A stretch of 32,000 nucleotides of DNA from Delftia acidovorans NBRC 14950 (GTDB lineage Bacteria > Pseudomonadota > Gammaproteobacteria > Burkholderiales > Burkholderiaceae_C). This document shows, in pieces, positions 10,074 through 17,830 of this stretch. The notes beneath the pieces are model-generated. The model was not told where the DNA came from, made no database searches, and saw nothing but the letters and a program-made list of their open reading frames with translations. The stretch's first letter is position 1. The number at the start of each line of letters is the position of its first letter. Made by a program: the position numbers and the translations under genes. The stretch is from the NCBI RefSeq assembly GCF_001598795.1, contig NZ_BCZP01000012.1, positions 179,088 to 211,087 of the forward strand, in the 5' to 3' direction.

Positions 10074-10306
10074 TTACTCCAGTTGAAGCCGCGCCGAGCC
10101 GGTGAGGGCGCCTTGTTGTTCAGCCTCTCTTCCACGATGGTGCGACCAACCAGCGGAAGGCCGTCGGGACGGACACCGGCCACGGCGATGCCGAGTACTC
10201 GCTCGATGTAGCGGCGCTGGGCGAAGCGCTGCTTCAGTGGCTTGCACAGACCATTTATCTCGTCTTCGGTCAGGAAAGGACTTAAGGCTGGTGATTCAGC
10301 TGTCAT
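10070..10306 (-). CDS. DUF4224-like small protein (integrase-associated)
   Basis: 78 aa, 'LTEDEINGLCKPLKQRFAQRRYIE..GI......DG.PLV', like the small proteins found upstream of phage integrases. ATGA overlaps link it to both neighbouring genes. Confidence 0.6.
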   Translation of the reverse strand: MTAESPALSPFLTEDEINGLCKPLKQRFAQRRYIERVLGIAVAGVRPDGLPLVGRTIVEERLNNKAPSPARRGFNWSK

Positions 10307-10698
10307 GTAGCTGGCCCTCCTGTGCTTCTCTTGCGCGGGGTAGAGGCCGCGCTAGCCTTCTTTTTGGCGGCTGCCTTTGCCTTAAGGGCCTTCACATCCA
10401 TGCCGGCATCACGCATCCACTTGGGGACTATGCCCATGTTCAGGAGTGCCTTGTCCAGATTGGATCTGGGATCAGGGTCCGAGACTTTCAGCCGGATGGT
10501 CGGCATCGGGCCAGGGATTCTGGACTCGAGCTTGACTTGGGTAACTCTTTGCGATTCCTTGAACGCCACAACATCGGCTTCGTTGAACACGATCCGGCGC
10601 CCGATGCGATAGCAGGGGATTGGTCCATAAGGAGCGGCCAAAGCGTAGAGCCCCCGAGAGGATATGCCGAGGATGGCTGCAGCTTGCTTAGCGTTCAT
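10303..10698 (-). CDS. Excisionase/AlpA-type helix-turn-helix DNA-binding protein
   Basis: The ATG at 10698 is preceded by AGGAG. The sequence 'MNAKQAAAILGISSRGLYALA..GPIPCYRIGRRIVFNEADVVAF' matches the excisionase-family HTH pattern, with a Lys/Ala-rich tail. Confidence 0.7.
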   Translation of the reverse strand: MNAKQAAAILGISSRGLYALAAPYGPIPCYRIGRRIVFNEADVVAFKESQRVTQVKLESRIPGPMPTIRLKVSDPDPRSNLDKALLNMGIVPKWMRDAGMDVKALKAKAAAKKKASAASTPRKRSTGGPAT

Positions 10699-10834
10699 GA
10701 GAAAACTCCTTGCTGTGTGGTCTGACGACGAAGGGGTTCCCAAGCATTCACGAGGAGGGCGCGTACGTTGTGCGATGACCCGTCTTGGCGCGTGAAGCGG
10801 GGGCGTTTTTCATTTTGCTCTGCCATGTTGATTG

Positions 10835-11539
10835 CTAGTTTGGGCAGGCGTTGTGCCAGCCGTATTGATCGCCGCGCTTGTTCTCTCCTGTCATGCCATC
10901 TGCCAGGCTGCCGATGGTGGCCGTCAGCACACGGGCTGCGTCAAGCGCTTCCCTGATTTCTTTGATGTCTGCGCTGCGGCCTGCACCATCCACTACATCC
11001 AGCAGGATGCTGGCCTGCAAGGCGATAGCGTCAAGAACGTGGTGCTCTTTGGTTTCCCCCTGAGCGGAGGCTGGTGCCGGATCGAATGCAGGCGCATAGA
11101 CAGCCTGCTGTCCCGCCTGCAGCGCCCAGAGAGCCGATGAATCTCCCACAAGTCGAGAAGATCGGAAGACACCAGACAGGTCGACTGCCAGCGGCAGAGC
11201 TTCTCGAAGCAGGCAGCGCGCGGCGTTGATGGGGTCACTGCCATCGGTCTTTGCAGCGCTCAGCGCCTTTGTTGCTGTGTCCAAGCTGTCGGCGACCATG
11301 GCGAGAAGCTCACCCATGGCTGGCCTCGGGCCGTCCCCCATCCACGTTCCGTCGGTCCTGTTCACGTCCATCAGCAGAGCATCAGCCGTGTCGATGGCTT
11401 CATGGCCGGGGATGCGTGGCAGCAGGTCCGCAAGAGGCAAGATCAAGTTGTGCACGCGCCGAGCCACGTGGCGAGCCAAAGCTTCATGCTCTTGGAGGAT
11501 GTCGGGCTTCGCGACATCAATGCATGGCGCTTCAACCAT
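10835..11539 (-). CDS. Hypothetical phage protein (third gene of coupled operon)
   Basis: The ATG at 11539 overlaps the stop of the upstream gene (11532). The composition is Ala/Asp/Leu-rich and sensible, but I recognise no family. Confidence 0.5.
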   Translation of the reverse strand: MVEAPCIDVAKPDILQEHEALARHVARRVHNLILPLADLLPRIPGHEAIDTADALLMDVNRTDGTWMGDGPRPAMGELLAMVADSLDTATKALSAAKTDGSDPINAARCLLREALPLAVDLSGVFRSSRLVGDSSALWALQAGQQAVYAPAFDPAPASAQGETKEHHVLDAIALQASILLDVVDGAGRSADIKEIREALDAARVLTATIGSLADGMTGENKRGDQYGWHNACPN

Positions 11540-11972
11540 GGCGGCACCTCGTTTTGCTGACTGGCTTGAACACCTCCAGCACGCGGCCGAAGACGGTGAT
11601 GGAGTTGAGTATCTCGGGCGTGCATTTGCCCCACTGCAGCGCATCAAGCCCGTGGGGATCAGCGATTTCAAGGGAGCCGTCCAGACGGTGATGGAATCGC
11701 CTCACGCCGAACCATTGATGGCCCTGGCCGTAGTAGAAGGCGATCAGGTAGTCCGAGTCGCAGGTAATGCGGCGCGCATCGAAATCCACGCTGATCACGT
11801 CTCCGGCTTCGATGACGTGGCCGAACAGGCTGTGATGGGTGAGCAAGATGTGCCGCCCGAACATTCCTGCAGCCTGGGCAGGGTGCTCCAGTTGGCCCAC
11901 AGCCGTCGCCGGCATGACGGGCCTTATGCGCTGCTGGCGAGCTGGCGCCTTGCGAACTGCGACGGCGCTCAT
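11532..11972 (-). CDS. Hypothetical protein with possible LexA/UmuD (S24)-like beta fold
   Basis: 146 aa. By eye, 'HHSLFGHVIEAGDVISVD....DSDYLIAF......WFGVRRF....DGSLEI....ITVFGRVLEVFK' follows the S24 pattern (GDSM..GD.v.Vd....g...v......K+l....l.p.N....i.GvV). Ser is retained but Arg sits where the catalytic Lys would be. There is no HTH. Confidence 0.45.
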   Translation of the reverse strand: MSAVAVRKAPARQQRIRPVMPATAVGQLEHPAQAAGMFGRHILLTHHSLFGHVIEAGDVISVDFDARRITCDSDYLIAFYYGQGHQWFGVRRFHHRLDGSLEIADPHGLDALQWGKCTPEILNSITVFGRVLEVFKPVSKTRCRHG

Positions 11973-12730
11973 GGCTTTGCTTTTTTCCTGGCAATGCGCT
12001 GCATGTGGAACTCAACATATTCCTGGCCTTTCCTGTCGAGGCTCGCATAAACCGGGTGTTGGTGCAGAGTGTCGGCGGGCGTCATCACCTGGCGGCCAGT
12101 CTCATCCTGCACTGCCAGCATTTCAGCCTTATCGCCCTCTCCAAACCAAGTGCCGATGTGTTGAATTCGGCCAATCATCGTATCGAGCAGCTCAGGCTCG
12201 GAGCGGGCCAGAGGCTTGGCGTCCATCACATTGATCTTGGCAATGAACGCATCTGGGAATTGCGACTTCAATGTGTCCAAGACCTTGGCAGCGTCTTGCC
12301 AGGATTCGTGACGAAACGCGAGGCGGGATCCGCGAGACGTCCAGACCTCGAATCGATGATCTGAGCCATTTCCCGAGGCCAGTTGCAGCCAGTCTTCCAG
12401 CGTCCGGATCTTGTCCTGGAACTCCCGTTCAATGGCGGCCATCCGGCCTTGATCCTTCAGCCGGCCCACAGCCCAATCAGGCAGGGGCGGAAGTGGATCA
12501 GGGACGATACTGGCGCAGTAGCTGTTCGTCTCCAACACACCGAGAATGAGGCATTCCCAGTGAGATGCGATCTCCTTGATGCGATCCAACAGGTCCAGCG
12601 CATCGACAGGCTCAGGCAGGGCTGGCGCTGCGCGGCGGTTCGGAGGAGTGGGGCGGGGGTTGCGGCCGGTCTTGGGGTTGATTCCGGCGTGGGTTTTCCC
12701 TGCCGCGCGAGGCGTGGCATCATTCGTCAT
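11969..12730 (-). CDS. Hypothetical phage protein (first gene of coupled operon)
   Basis: 253 aa with a basic, Pro-rich N-terminus followed by a globular-looking region. An ATGA overlap links it to the next gene. No family recognised. Confidence 0.55.
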   Translation of the reverse strand: MTNDATPRAAGKTHAGINPKTGRNPRPTPPNRRAAPALPEPVDALDLLDRIKEIASHWECLILGVLETNSYCASIVPDPLPPLPDWAVGRLKDQGRMAAIEREFQDKIRTLEDWLQLASGNGSDHRFEVWTSRGSRLAFRHESWQDAAKVLDTLKSQFPDAFIAKINVMDAKPLARSEPELLDTMIGRIQHIGTWFGEGDKAEMLAVQDETGRQVMTPADTLHQHPVYASLDRKGQEYVEFHMQRIARKKAKP

Positions 12731-12978
12731 GGTCTAAATTCCTGGCTAAGGGTTTTTGATCAAGAGCTCTGCGCAGTTGGAGCTGTGCAGGTTTCGGGCG
12801 AGGGCTAGCAGTTGGAGCTGCTGGCCCTTTGCTTTTTGGGCGGGAGGTGCTTGTTGATACTGCATAGGGTTGATGGCTTGGTTTGTGGGTGTCAACGATG
12901 CCCGTGATCCCGGTTCATTTAACTGGCAGCTTGAGATTTGCAGATTTGCAACACTCTTCAATGAGATTGGAGCGTTGC

Positions 12979-13959
12979 TCACGCCAGGGCTGCCTGGGGT
13001 TGCGAAGCTGGCTGCAGGGGTACGCCAGCGGGCTTCTTGTCGCGCTTCGGTTTCGGCGCGGTGCGCTGGGCCATCGCTACCTCGACCAAGGGGCGGATCA
13101 GCTCGACCACGCTGGCATACCAAGCGGGGCGGTAGCCAGAGTGCTGATGCTCTACAGCCTGATAGGGGACCAGCGCGCCGTACTCTTTGCCCAGTTCCGT
13201 CACCACCCATTTGCTGCGAGGCTGGCCCTTGCCGTTCGTCCAGCGCTCTTTCGTCTGGAAGCTCAGCTGCTCCAGCGCGTTGTTGACCTGTTCTGAGGTC
13301 GCTCCGGCACCGATGAGCACTGCCAGTTCCTTCGGCGTCGTGCGCGGGTTGTCCGTGGCGGCCGTAGTGGTCAGTAGGTTCGTGTAATCCAGGCCCGTGA
13401 CGGCCTTCACTTCCTTCGCTGCGATGACCTTTGCCATGCCGTCATCCACGCCCAGCAGTTTGCAGATCTTGAGCTGTGCGCCAGTGATCGCCGCGGCTTC
13501 GCGGTAGCGCATTGAGGCGCGGGCGGGCTTGCTGGGGGCCGGCTTAGGCAGCGCGGCGGCCTGTTCCAGCTCCTCCAGGCGGGAGATGATGCGGTTGCGC
13601 AGGTGGATGTCATAGCCAGATGCGAGGGTCAGGGTCAGATTGCGGTTCAGCTCCACCGAAGACAGATAGCCGCGGCTCTCGTAGTGCAGCGTAAAGCATT
13701 GATTTTGTTCATGATCCAGAACGGGATCATCTTCAAATGCCCCTTTGAACAACGCTTCCACGTTGTCGCGGATGAACTGCCCGCGCTGGCTGGCCTTGTT
13801 GGCCGGGATGACGCTATCGACGTGCGCTCCCCCAAACAAGGTCAGAAGCATCACGCGGGTGTCACGGAGCACATGGCCGTGATTCTTGTCCGCGATGCTG
13901 GCGATTTCCTTGGTGTCCATCTTGCTGGGGATAGCGTTGACTTTGATGATGTTGCCCAT
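12979..13959 (-). CDS. Phage antirepressor, Rha N-domain plus KilAC-like C-domain
   Basis: The N-terminus 'MDTKEIASIADKNHGHVLRDTRVML' matches the Rha family signature. The C-terminal half resembles KilA-C/antirepressor DNA-binding regions. Confidence 0.78.
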   Translation of the reverse strand: MGNIIKVNAIPSKMDTKEIASIADKNHGHVLRDTRVMLLTLFGGAHVDSVIPANKASQRGQFIRDNVEALFKGAFEDDPVLDHEQNQCFTLHYESRGYLSSVELNRNLTLTLASGYDIHLRNRIISRLEELEQAAALPKPAPSKPARASMRYREAAAITGAQLKICKLLGVDDGMAKVIAAKEVKAVTGLDYTNLLTTTAATDNPRTTPKELAVLIGAGATSEQVNNALEQLSFQTKERWTNGKGQPRSKWVVTELGKEYGALVPYQAVEHQHSGYRPAWYASVVELIRPLVEVAMAQRTAPKPKRDKKPAGVPLQPASQPQAALA

Positions 13960-14039
13960 TGGTTACGGTTCCTTTGCGGTGATTAACTATGCCAAATTTT
14001 TGAAAAAATTGCGCGTCACGATAAAGCTACTCATAAAGC

Positions 14040-14060
14040 ACTTTTGAGTAACTCAAAAGT
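14040..14060. promoter_or_regulatory. Perfect 10-1-10 palindrome (operator candidate) upstream of the antirepressor gene
   Basis: ACTTTTGAGT-A-ACTCAAAAGT lies in the AT-rich 13960-14153 intergenic region, about 80 nt upstream of the rha ATG. TTGGTTAT is at 14101-14108. Confidence 0.5.
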
Positions 14061-14153
14061 TGCTGAGGCGACTTTTAATTGGCTAACTACGATGTACTTT
14101 TTGGTTATTTCCGGTATGCGATGAATGGTTTGTTGACCTTCATCTTGTGTTAG

Positions 14154-14471
14154 TCATGTATTCTTTCTGCATGGGTTCGAAGCGGATGTCGTAGCCAAAA
14201 AAATCAATCCTTGTAGTTCCGTTGCGCTATCAAGCGCGGCTTCAAAGCCCCTTTTTTGAACGTTGCTCTCAGGGCTGGATGAGTCCAGCGTTGTAGGTTT
14301 GTGCTTAGCTCCTTGAAAATCCGGAAAAGAGATTTGGATATTCACATGGTCAATGCGCTTGGCCGGCTGGACGAGTTGAAACGGCAGCATGATCGGCGCA
14401 CGGCTTTCAAGTCCTGACCCCTCATTTGCTGATTCAGTTCTGAGCCATGGCCCTGTTAGATCGGAAATCAT
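14154..14471 (-). CDS. Hypothetical small protein (low GC)
   Basis: The ATG at 14471 forms an ATGA overlap with the stop of the upstream reading frame at 14468. It would encode 105 aa. There is no clear SD and no family match, so this call is weak. Confidence 0.3.
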   Translation of the reverse strand: MISDLTGPWLRTESANEGSGLESRAPIMLPFQLVQPAKRIDHVNIQISFPDFQGAKHKPTTLDSSSPESNVQKRGFEAALDSATELQGLIFLATTSASNPCRKNT

Positions 14472-14720
14472 GCCCAACCCCCGGCGAACAGATTGCGAAT
14501 GATGTCTGGGCTTTCGGCGCGGTTGGTGGCGTCGCGTTCCTCCAGGTGCTCGAACACCGCCAGGGCCTCGAACTTGCTGCGAGGTTACGGGTGCTGGCAT
14601 CTGGGATGCGCGGTGGTTGCGCCAGAGCAGGCCCACAGCCCAGGCCATTGACTGCAGCAGGGTTCCACCAGCGCGACAGCGCATGGCGACAAGACGGAAC
14701 AGGCATGCGGCCTGGTTCAT
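14468..14720 (-). pseudogene. Small gene apparently interrupted by a frameshift
   Basis: From ATG 14720, GC3-rich coding runs in one frame ('MNQAACLFRLVAM...'). From about 14584 the coding-like signal ('SKFEALAVFEHLEERDATNRAESPDIIRNLFAGGWA*') is in the +1 frame, which has a TAA at 14585-14587 just upstream. Confidence 0.35.
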
Positions 14721-15130
14721 GAGGCGCTCCTTTTGATGGAGATGGGGAGGGCCTGGAACGCGGCGCCCGCGTCGATCTCGGTCTGGATGGTTTGTTCGCG
14801 CTCGTCGTAGGGCATGCCGGCTGCTGCCAGTTGCTCGCGCCGGGCGGCGGCGTAGTCAATGCGGATGCGCTCGCGGTCTTCGATCTGGCCGTTGCCGCCG
14901 AAGCCGCAATGCGAGCACATGCAGGGCACGCCCTTGGCTCTAAGCTCACGGCCCTGGCGCTCGGCGGCGCGGACTTGATGGGGCTGCAGGCCGTTGGCGC
15001 GGCAGATGCGACGGATCCAGCCTTCAGTGAGGCTGTTGTGCCCGTGGCGCGCGTCTTGGCGGACCTGCAAGAGCGCGTCCGTCTTGTTGAGCGTGATCTC
15101 TTCCAAGAGATAGCGGGAGAAGGGCTGCAT
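14717..15130 (-). CDS. Hypothetical early-left protein
   Basis: The ATG at 15130 has GGAG 6 nt upstream. It would encode 137 aa and contains 'CMCSHCGFGG'. It is the first gene downstream of the PL-like promoter. Confidence 0.55.
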   Translation of the reverse strand: MQPFSRYLLEEITLNKTDALLQVRQDARHGHNSLTEGWIRRICRANGLQPHQVRAAERQGRELRAKGVPCMCSHCGFGGNGQIEDRERIRIDYAAARREQLAAAGMPYDEREQTIQTEIDAGAAFQALPISIKRSAS

Positions 15131-15291
15131 CAATCACTCCAACAGGTTGAGGAATGGATGCCTGCGGCATCCCTTCGCAACACCTCGCTGCCGGGACTTC
15201 ATCCCTGGACCTGCCCTCTGCATCCTGGTGGGCTTACCGGCTTCGTATCGCTTGCCGAGGTCTGTTCGCTTTGCGTGTGCGATGGATACAT

Positions 15292-15319
15292 CTTATAACT
15301 TAAGTTATTTATTCGTCAA
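15292..15319 (-). promoter_or_regulatory. PL-like leftward promoter with embedded 14-bp palindrome
   Basis: The minus strand reads TTGACG (15319-15314), a 16-nt spacer, then TATAAG (15297-15292). The perfect palindrome ATAACTTAAGTTAT (15295-15308) covers the spacer and -10. TCTTGGTTAT is at 15323-15332. Confidence 0.45.
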
Positions 15320-15422
15320 TACTCTTGGTTATGTGATGTTCCAAAAAGATGCTCTACCCCTCAAGCCCTCTGCAACATGGCGATGTGAAGGGCGCTAGAA
15401 CGTCTAGCGATAGGAGTTAGAA

Positions 15423-15725
15423 ATGACGGCGCAGCGTCCGACCTTTGCTTCCCAAGGTCGATGGATACATTGGGGGATCACTCGGGAGACACCCATGCAC
15501 CATCTCGACACCATCGATGGAATCATTGCGCTCGCGGAGACAGGCCCTGGCGTTGAGCCAGGCGAGGCGCTCAACGTACTGGCTAGGATCATCAGCGACA
15601 TGGATCCCCAGGAGGCCCACTACAAGGAGCGGGTGGCTGGCTTGGTACTCGTTGGGGCGACACTGTGGCGCACGTCCATCGCGGCAGGCGACACGAGCAT
15701 TGATGCTGCCCTTTGGCGGGCGTAG
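15423..15725 (+). CDS. Hypothetical small protein
   Basis: 100 aa, with AGGAG at 15412-15416, 6 nt before the ATG. A 7-bp hairpin (15393-15409) sits just upstream. The gene ends at the bidirectional hairpin. Confidence 0.5.
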   Translation: MTAQRPTFASQGRWIHWGITRETPMHHLDTIDGIIALAETGPGVEPGEALNVLARIISDMDPQEAHYKERVAGLVLVGATLWRTSIAAGDTSIDAALWRA

Positions 15726-15736
15726 AGCCCCAACAA

Positions 15737-15759
15737 AAAGCCCCGGCATTCGGGGCTTT
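15737..15759. terminator. Bidirectional intrinsic terminator
   Basis: AAAGCCCCG-gcatt-CGGGGCTTT. A T-run (TTTTTGTT) follows on the minus-strand reading. It lies between the convergent genes 15423..15725 and 15780..16469. Confidence 0.6.
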
Positions 15760-15779
15760 GGCATCCACAGTGGCGATGG

Positions 15780-16469
15780 TTACCTTTGTGAGAAGTACCT
15801 CTTCCGCACGCCATCAACCGTCTGGTTGCACAGATTCTGCGTCGCAAGAGTGATCTCGGGGACGTGGATGCAGACCCCTGGCGAATGCCGAAAAGAATCA
15901 GCCTTCACTTCGTCGAAGTACTGCACTTCGCCGTCGGCGAGTTTGACGGTGTAGCGCGTCTTGTACTGCTGTACTGGGGCCGAGTCGGCCGCTGATCCAA
16001 GCATCGCCCCCAAGATTCCTACTGCCAAGTTCGCTCCAACTGAGTAGCTGTTGCCGCGCAAGGATCGATCAATGTACGCGGCGCTTGCCACAGCCCCGCC
16101 GAGAGCTGCGCCGCCAGAAGTGCCTGGTGTGGATTGGTCAACAGTCTGGACGTCAGTTATCACGCCATATCGATCAGGCTGGTGAGTTCGGACAGCGTGG
16201 GTATCTTGGAGCTTTGCTTGCTCGTCGGGAGACAGTGCATCCCAGTTGTCCTTTGACAGGTGCGCAATCGTTTTGGTGGGTGTTGGCGCAGCTTCTTGAG
16301 TGCTCGGGGTTGTCAGCTTCCAGGCGCCAAGCGCAGGGACTTCGACCTGCGGGACTGCCGTATACCCTGGGTCAGTGGTCCTTGCGGTATATCGAGGCAT
16401 CTCTGGCGCTGAAGTGGCGCAGCCAGCTAACGTGGCAGCCAACAATGCAAGGAAGAGCGGCGAGCGCAT
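15780..16469 (-). CDS. Lipoprotein with glycine-zipper segment
   Basis: 'MRSPLFLALLAATLAGC' is a signal peptide plus lipobox. The C-terminal 'GGAALGGAVASAAY...GANLAVGILGAMLGSAA' is glycine-zipper-like. GC is visibly lower. Confidence 0.72.
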   Translation of the reverse strand: MRSPLFLALLAATLAGCATSAPEMPRYTARTTDPGYTAVPQVEVPALGAWKLTTPSTQEAAPTPTKTIAHLSKDNWDALSPDEQAKLQDTHAVRTHQPDRYGVITDVQTVDQSTPGTSGGAALGGAVASAAYIDRSLRGNSYSVGANLAVGILGAMLGSAADSAPVQQYKTRYTVKLADGEVQYFDEVKADSFRHSPGVCIHVPEITLATQNLCNQTVDGVRKRYFSQR

Positions 16470-16471
16470 AG

Positions 16472-16858
16472 TCACTCGTCGAACTTGATTGCGCGGCCCT
16501 TGCCCTCAAGGCTACCCCAGCTCATCAGCGATATTCCGCCCTTTCCGTAGCGAGCCAAAACGACAGCATCGGCCCCCATCTCAGACGCCTTCTCTTTGAG
16601 CTTTTCAGTCACCATCTCGCGGGTAGGGTCCGGGTGGAAGACGGTGGTTTTGTTGACCATGACAGAGATGTCGCCAAGCATCCTGTACTTGCGGTCTGTG
16701 ATGTCGCTTTCTGTGACCTGGATCTGCGATGGTTGCTTCTTCGGCCCCTGACCTGCAGTGATGTCGGCTGCACTGTTGTCCACTGAACTGGTTGACCAAG
16801 TTGCACAGCCCGTCATAGAGGCGCACAAAAGAATTGAGCAAAGAATTTTCGTGCGCAT
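16472..16858 (-). CDS. Small lipoprotein
   Basis: 'MRTKILCSILLCASMTGC' is a signal peptide plus lipobox; 128 aa. Its stop abuts the start of the next lipoprotein gene. GC is visibly lower. Confidence 0.72.
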   Translation of the reverse strand: MRTKILCSILLCASMTGCATWSTSSVDNSAADITAGQGPKKQPSQIQVTESDITDRKYRMLGDISVMVNKTTVFHPDPTREMVTEKLKEKASEMGADAVVLARYGKGGISLMSWGSLEGKGRAIKFDE

Positions 16859-17245
16859 AGCTTTCCCTATTGTGGTGTTGTATCAAAAAGTACGGAGAGT
16901 GTAGGCCGTAACCGTTGAGCTTTGCAATGAGAAAGATTGCAAGTCACTCTACCGTCGCGGCCAAGCTCGGCCTGCGTGCCCTGCCGCATCCTGATCAGCC
17001 GATCCACTACTTCGATCGGTATCCCCAACCAAGCCGTCTTGACCGGCAGGAAGGCTGATGTTTTGGCCTGTACTTGAGTCTTTTGAGGGCTTTGCCGTTG
17101 GCGGCGCGTCGGCGCTGGCGGACTGGAGTCAGGGCGATAGTGTCATCGCATCATAAGAAATCCCGCTGACTAATGTGAAGTGGCGCACTCAGACTGCCGC
17201 TGTCTGCGAGGCAACGCGCTGCCTTGATGCGTGGCTGCAGCGATG

Positions 17246-17794
17246 CTAGACGTGATGCAGCGGCGCGCCTGGAGTTGGACTGAACAGGCCAAAACCATGA
17301 GCGACACCTGTACGTATTGCGTCGGTGGCATTCATGTGCAGATTGCCCCGTTCAATGATGTTCCACATCTGCTCGTCAAATGTGGCGCCTGCGGCAACTA
17401 CTATGTCTCGATGCCTAATGATATCGAGTACCAAAGAATCATGCGCTCCTTTGAGTGCCTCAGGGCTCCCGCTACCCTGCAGTCCGGCGGAGTAAGGTTG
17501 ATGGAACATGAAGGAGGCCGTATCGCATGTGTGCCGCTTGCTACCAGCCAAGTAGATGAGCGTTGCGCAAGACTCGATGGCACCCATGTTGAAGGTGCTG
17601 ACAGGTATTTGTAGACTCTTGATAACGTTTGCGATCGTCACGGCGGATGCAATGTGTCCGCCTGGCGAAGAGATCAGAAGGTTGATCTGGGAAAAAGAAC
17701 TATTCGCCTGATACAAAGCCGGAATAGATCTTGTAATCGTGCCGTTGTCTACAACGCCTGACAACGTCATCCAGACGATCGGTTTCTCATCCAT
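17246..17794 (-). CDS. Truncated ClpP-fold (S14-like) serine protease homologue
   Basis: 182 aa. 'INLLISSPGG', 'MGAIESCATLIYLAG' and 'SFMFHQP' align by eye with ClpP 'YINSPGG', 'GQAASMGAFLL' (Ser) and 'VMIHQP' (His). The SD AAAGGGGG lies upstream. The region is AT-rich. Confidence 0.8.
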   Translation of the reverse strand: MDEKPIVWMTLSGVVDNGTITRSIPALYQANSSFSQINLLISSPGGHIASAVTIANVIKSLQIPVSTFNMGAIESCATLIYLAGSKRHTCDTASFMFHQPYSAGLQGSGSPEALKGAHDSLVLDIIRHRDIVVAAGATFDEQMWNIIERGNLHMNATDAIRTGVAHGFGLFSPTPGAPLHHV

Positions 17795-17830
17795 AGCTCG
17801 GCCCCCTTTAAGCAGCCAGTCAACAGCAGC

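Noticed and set aside
12746-12865. A 39-aa minus-strand ORF (MQYQQAPPAQKAKGQQ...) in the gap between the antirepressor and the three-gene operon.
   Set aside because: It is too short, has low-complexity Gln/Ala/Lys composition, and has no convincing SD. The remainder of its parent ORF (12746..13210) overlaps the antirepressor out of frame.
16859-17245. An approximately 386-bp spacer of higher GC between the ClpP-fold gene and the lipoprotein genes. It contains a 7-bp inverted repeat TTGCAAT/ATTGCAA (16922-16942) and peptide-like stretches in both orientations.
   Set aside because: No frame has a start codon plus a clean open run. The translations contain stops and look like decayed sequence. 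I cannot support a gene or an RNA here. It may hold the lipoprotein promoter.
17231-17614. A plus-strand 127-aa ORF with two CxxC pairs ('CTYCVGG...CGACGNY') that looks like a zinc ribbon.
   Set aside because: It lies fully antisense to the ClpP-fold gene, whose SPGG/Ser/HQP motifs give much stronger evidence for the minus strand. It has no SD and sits in a region transcribed leftward.
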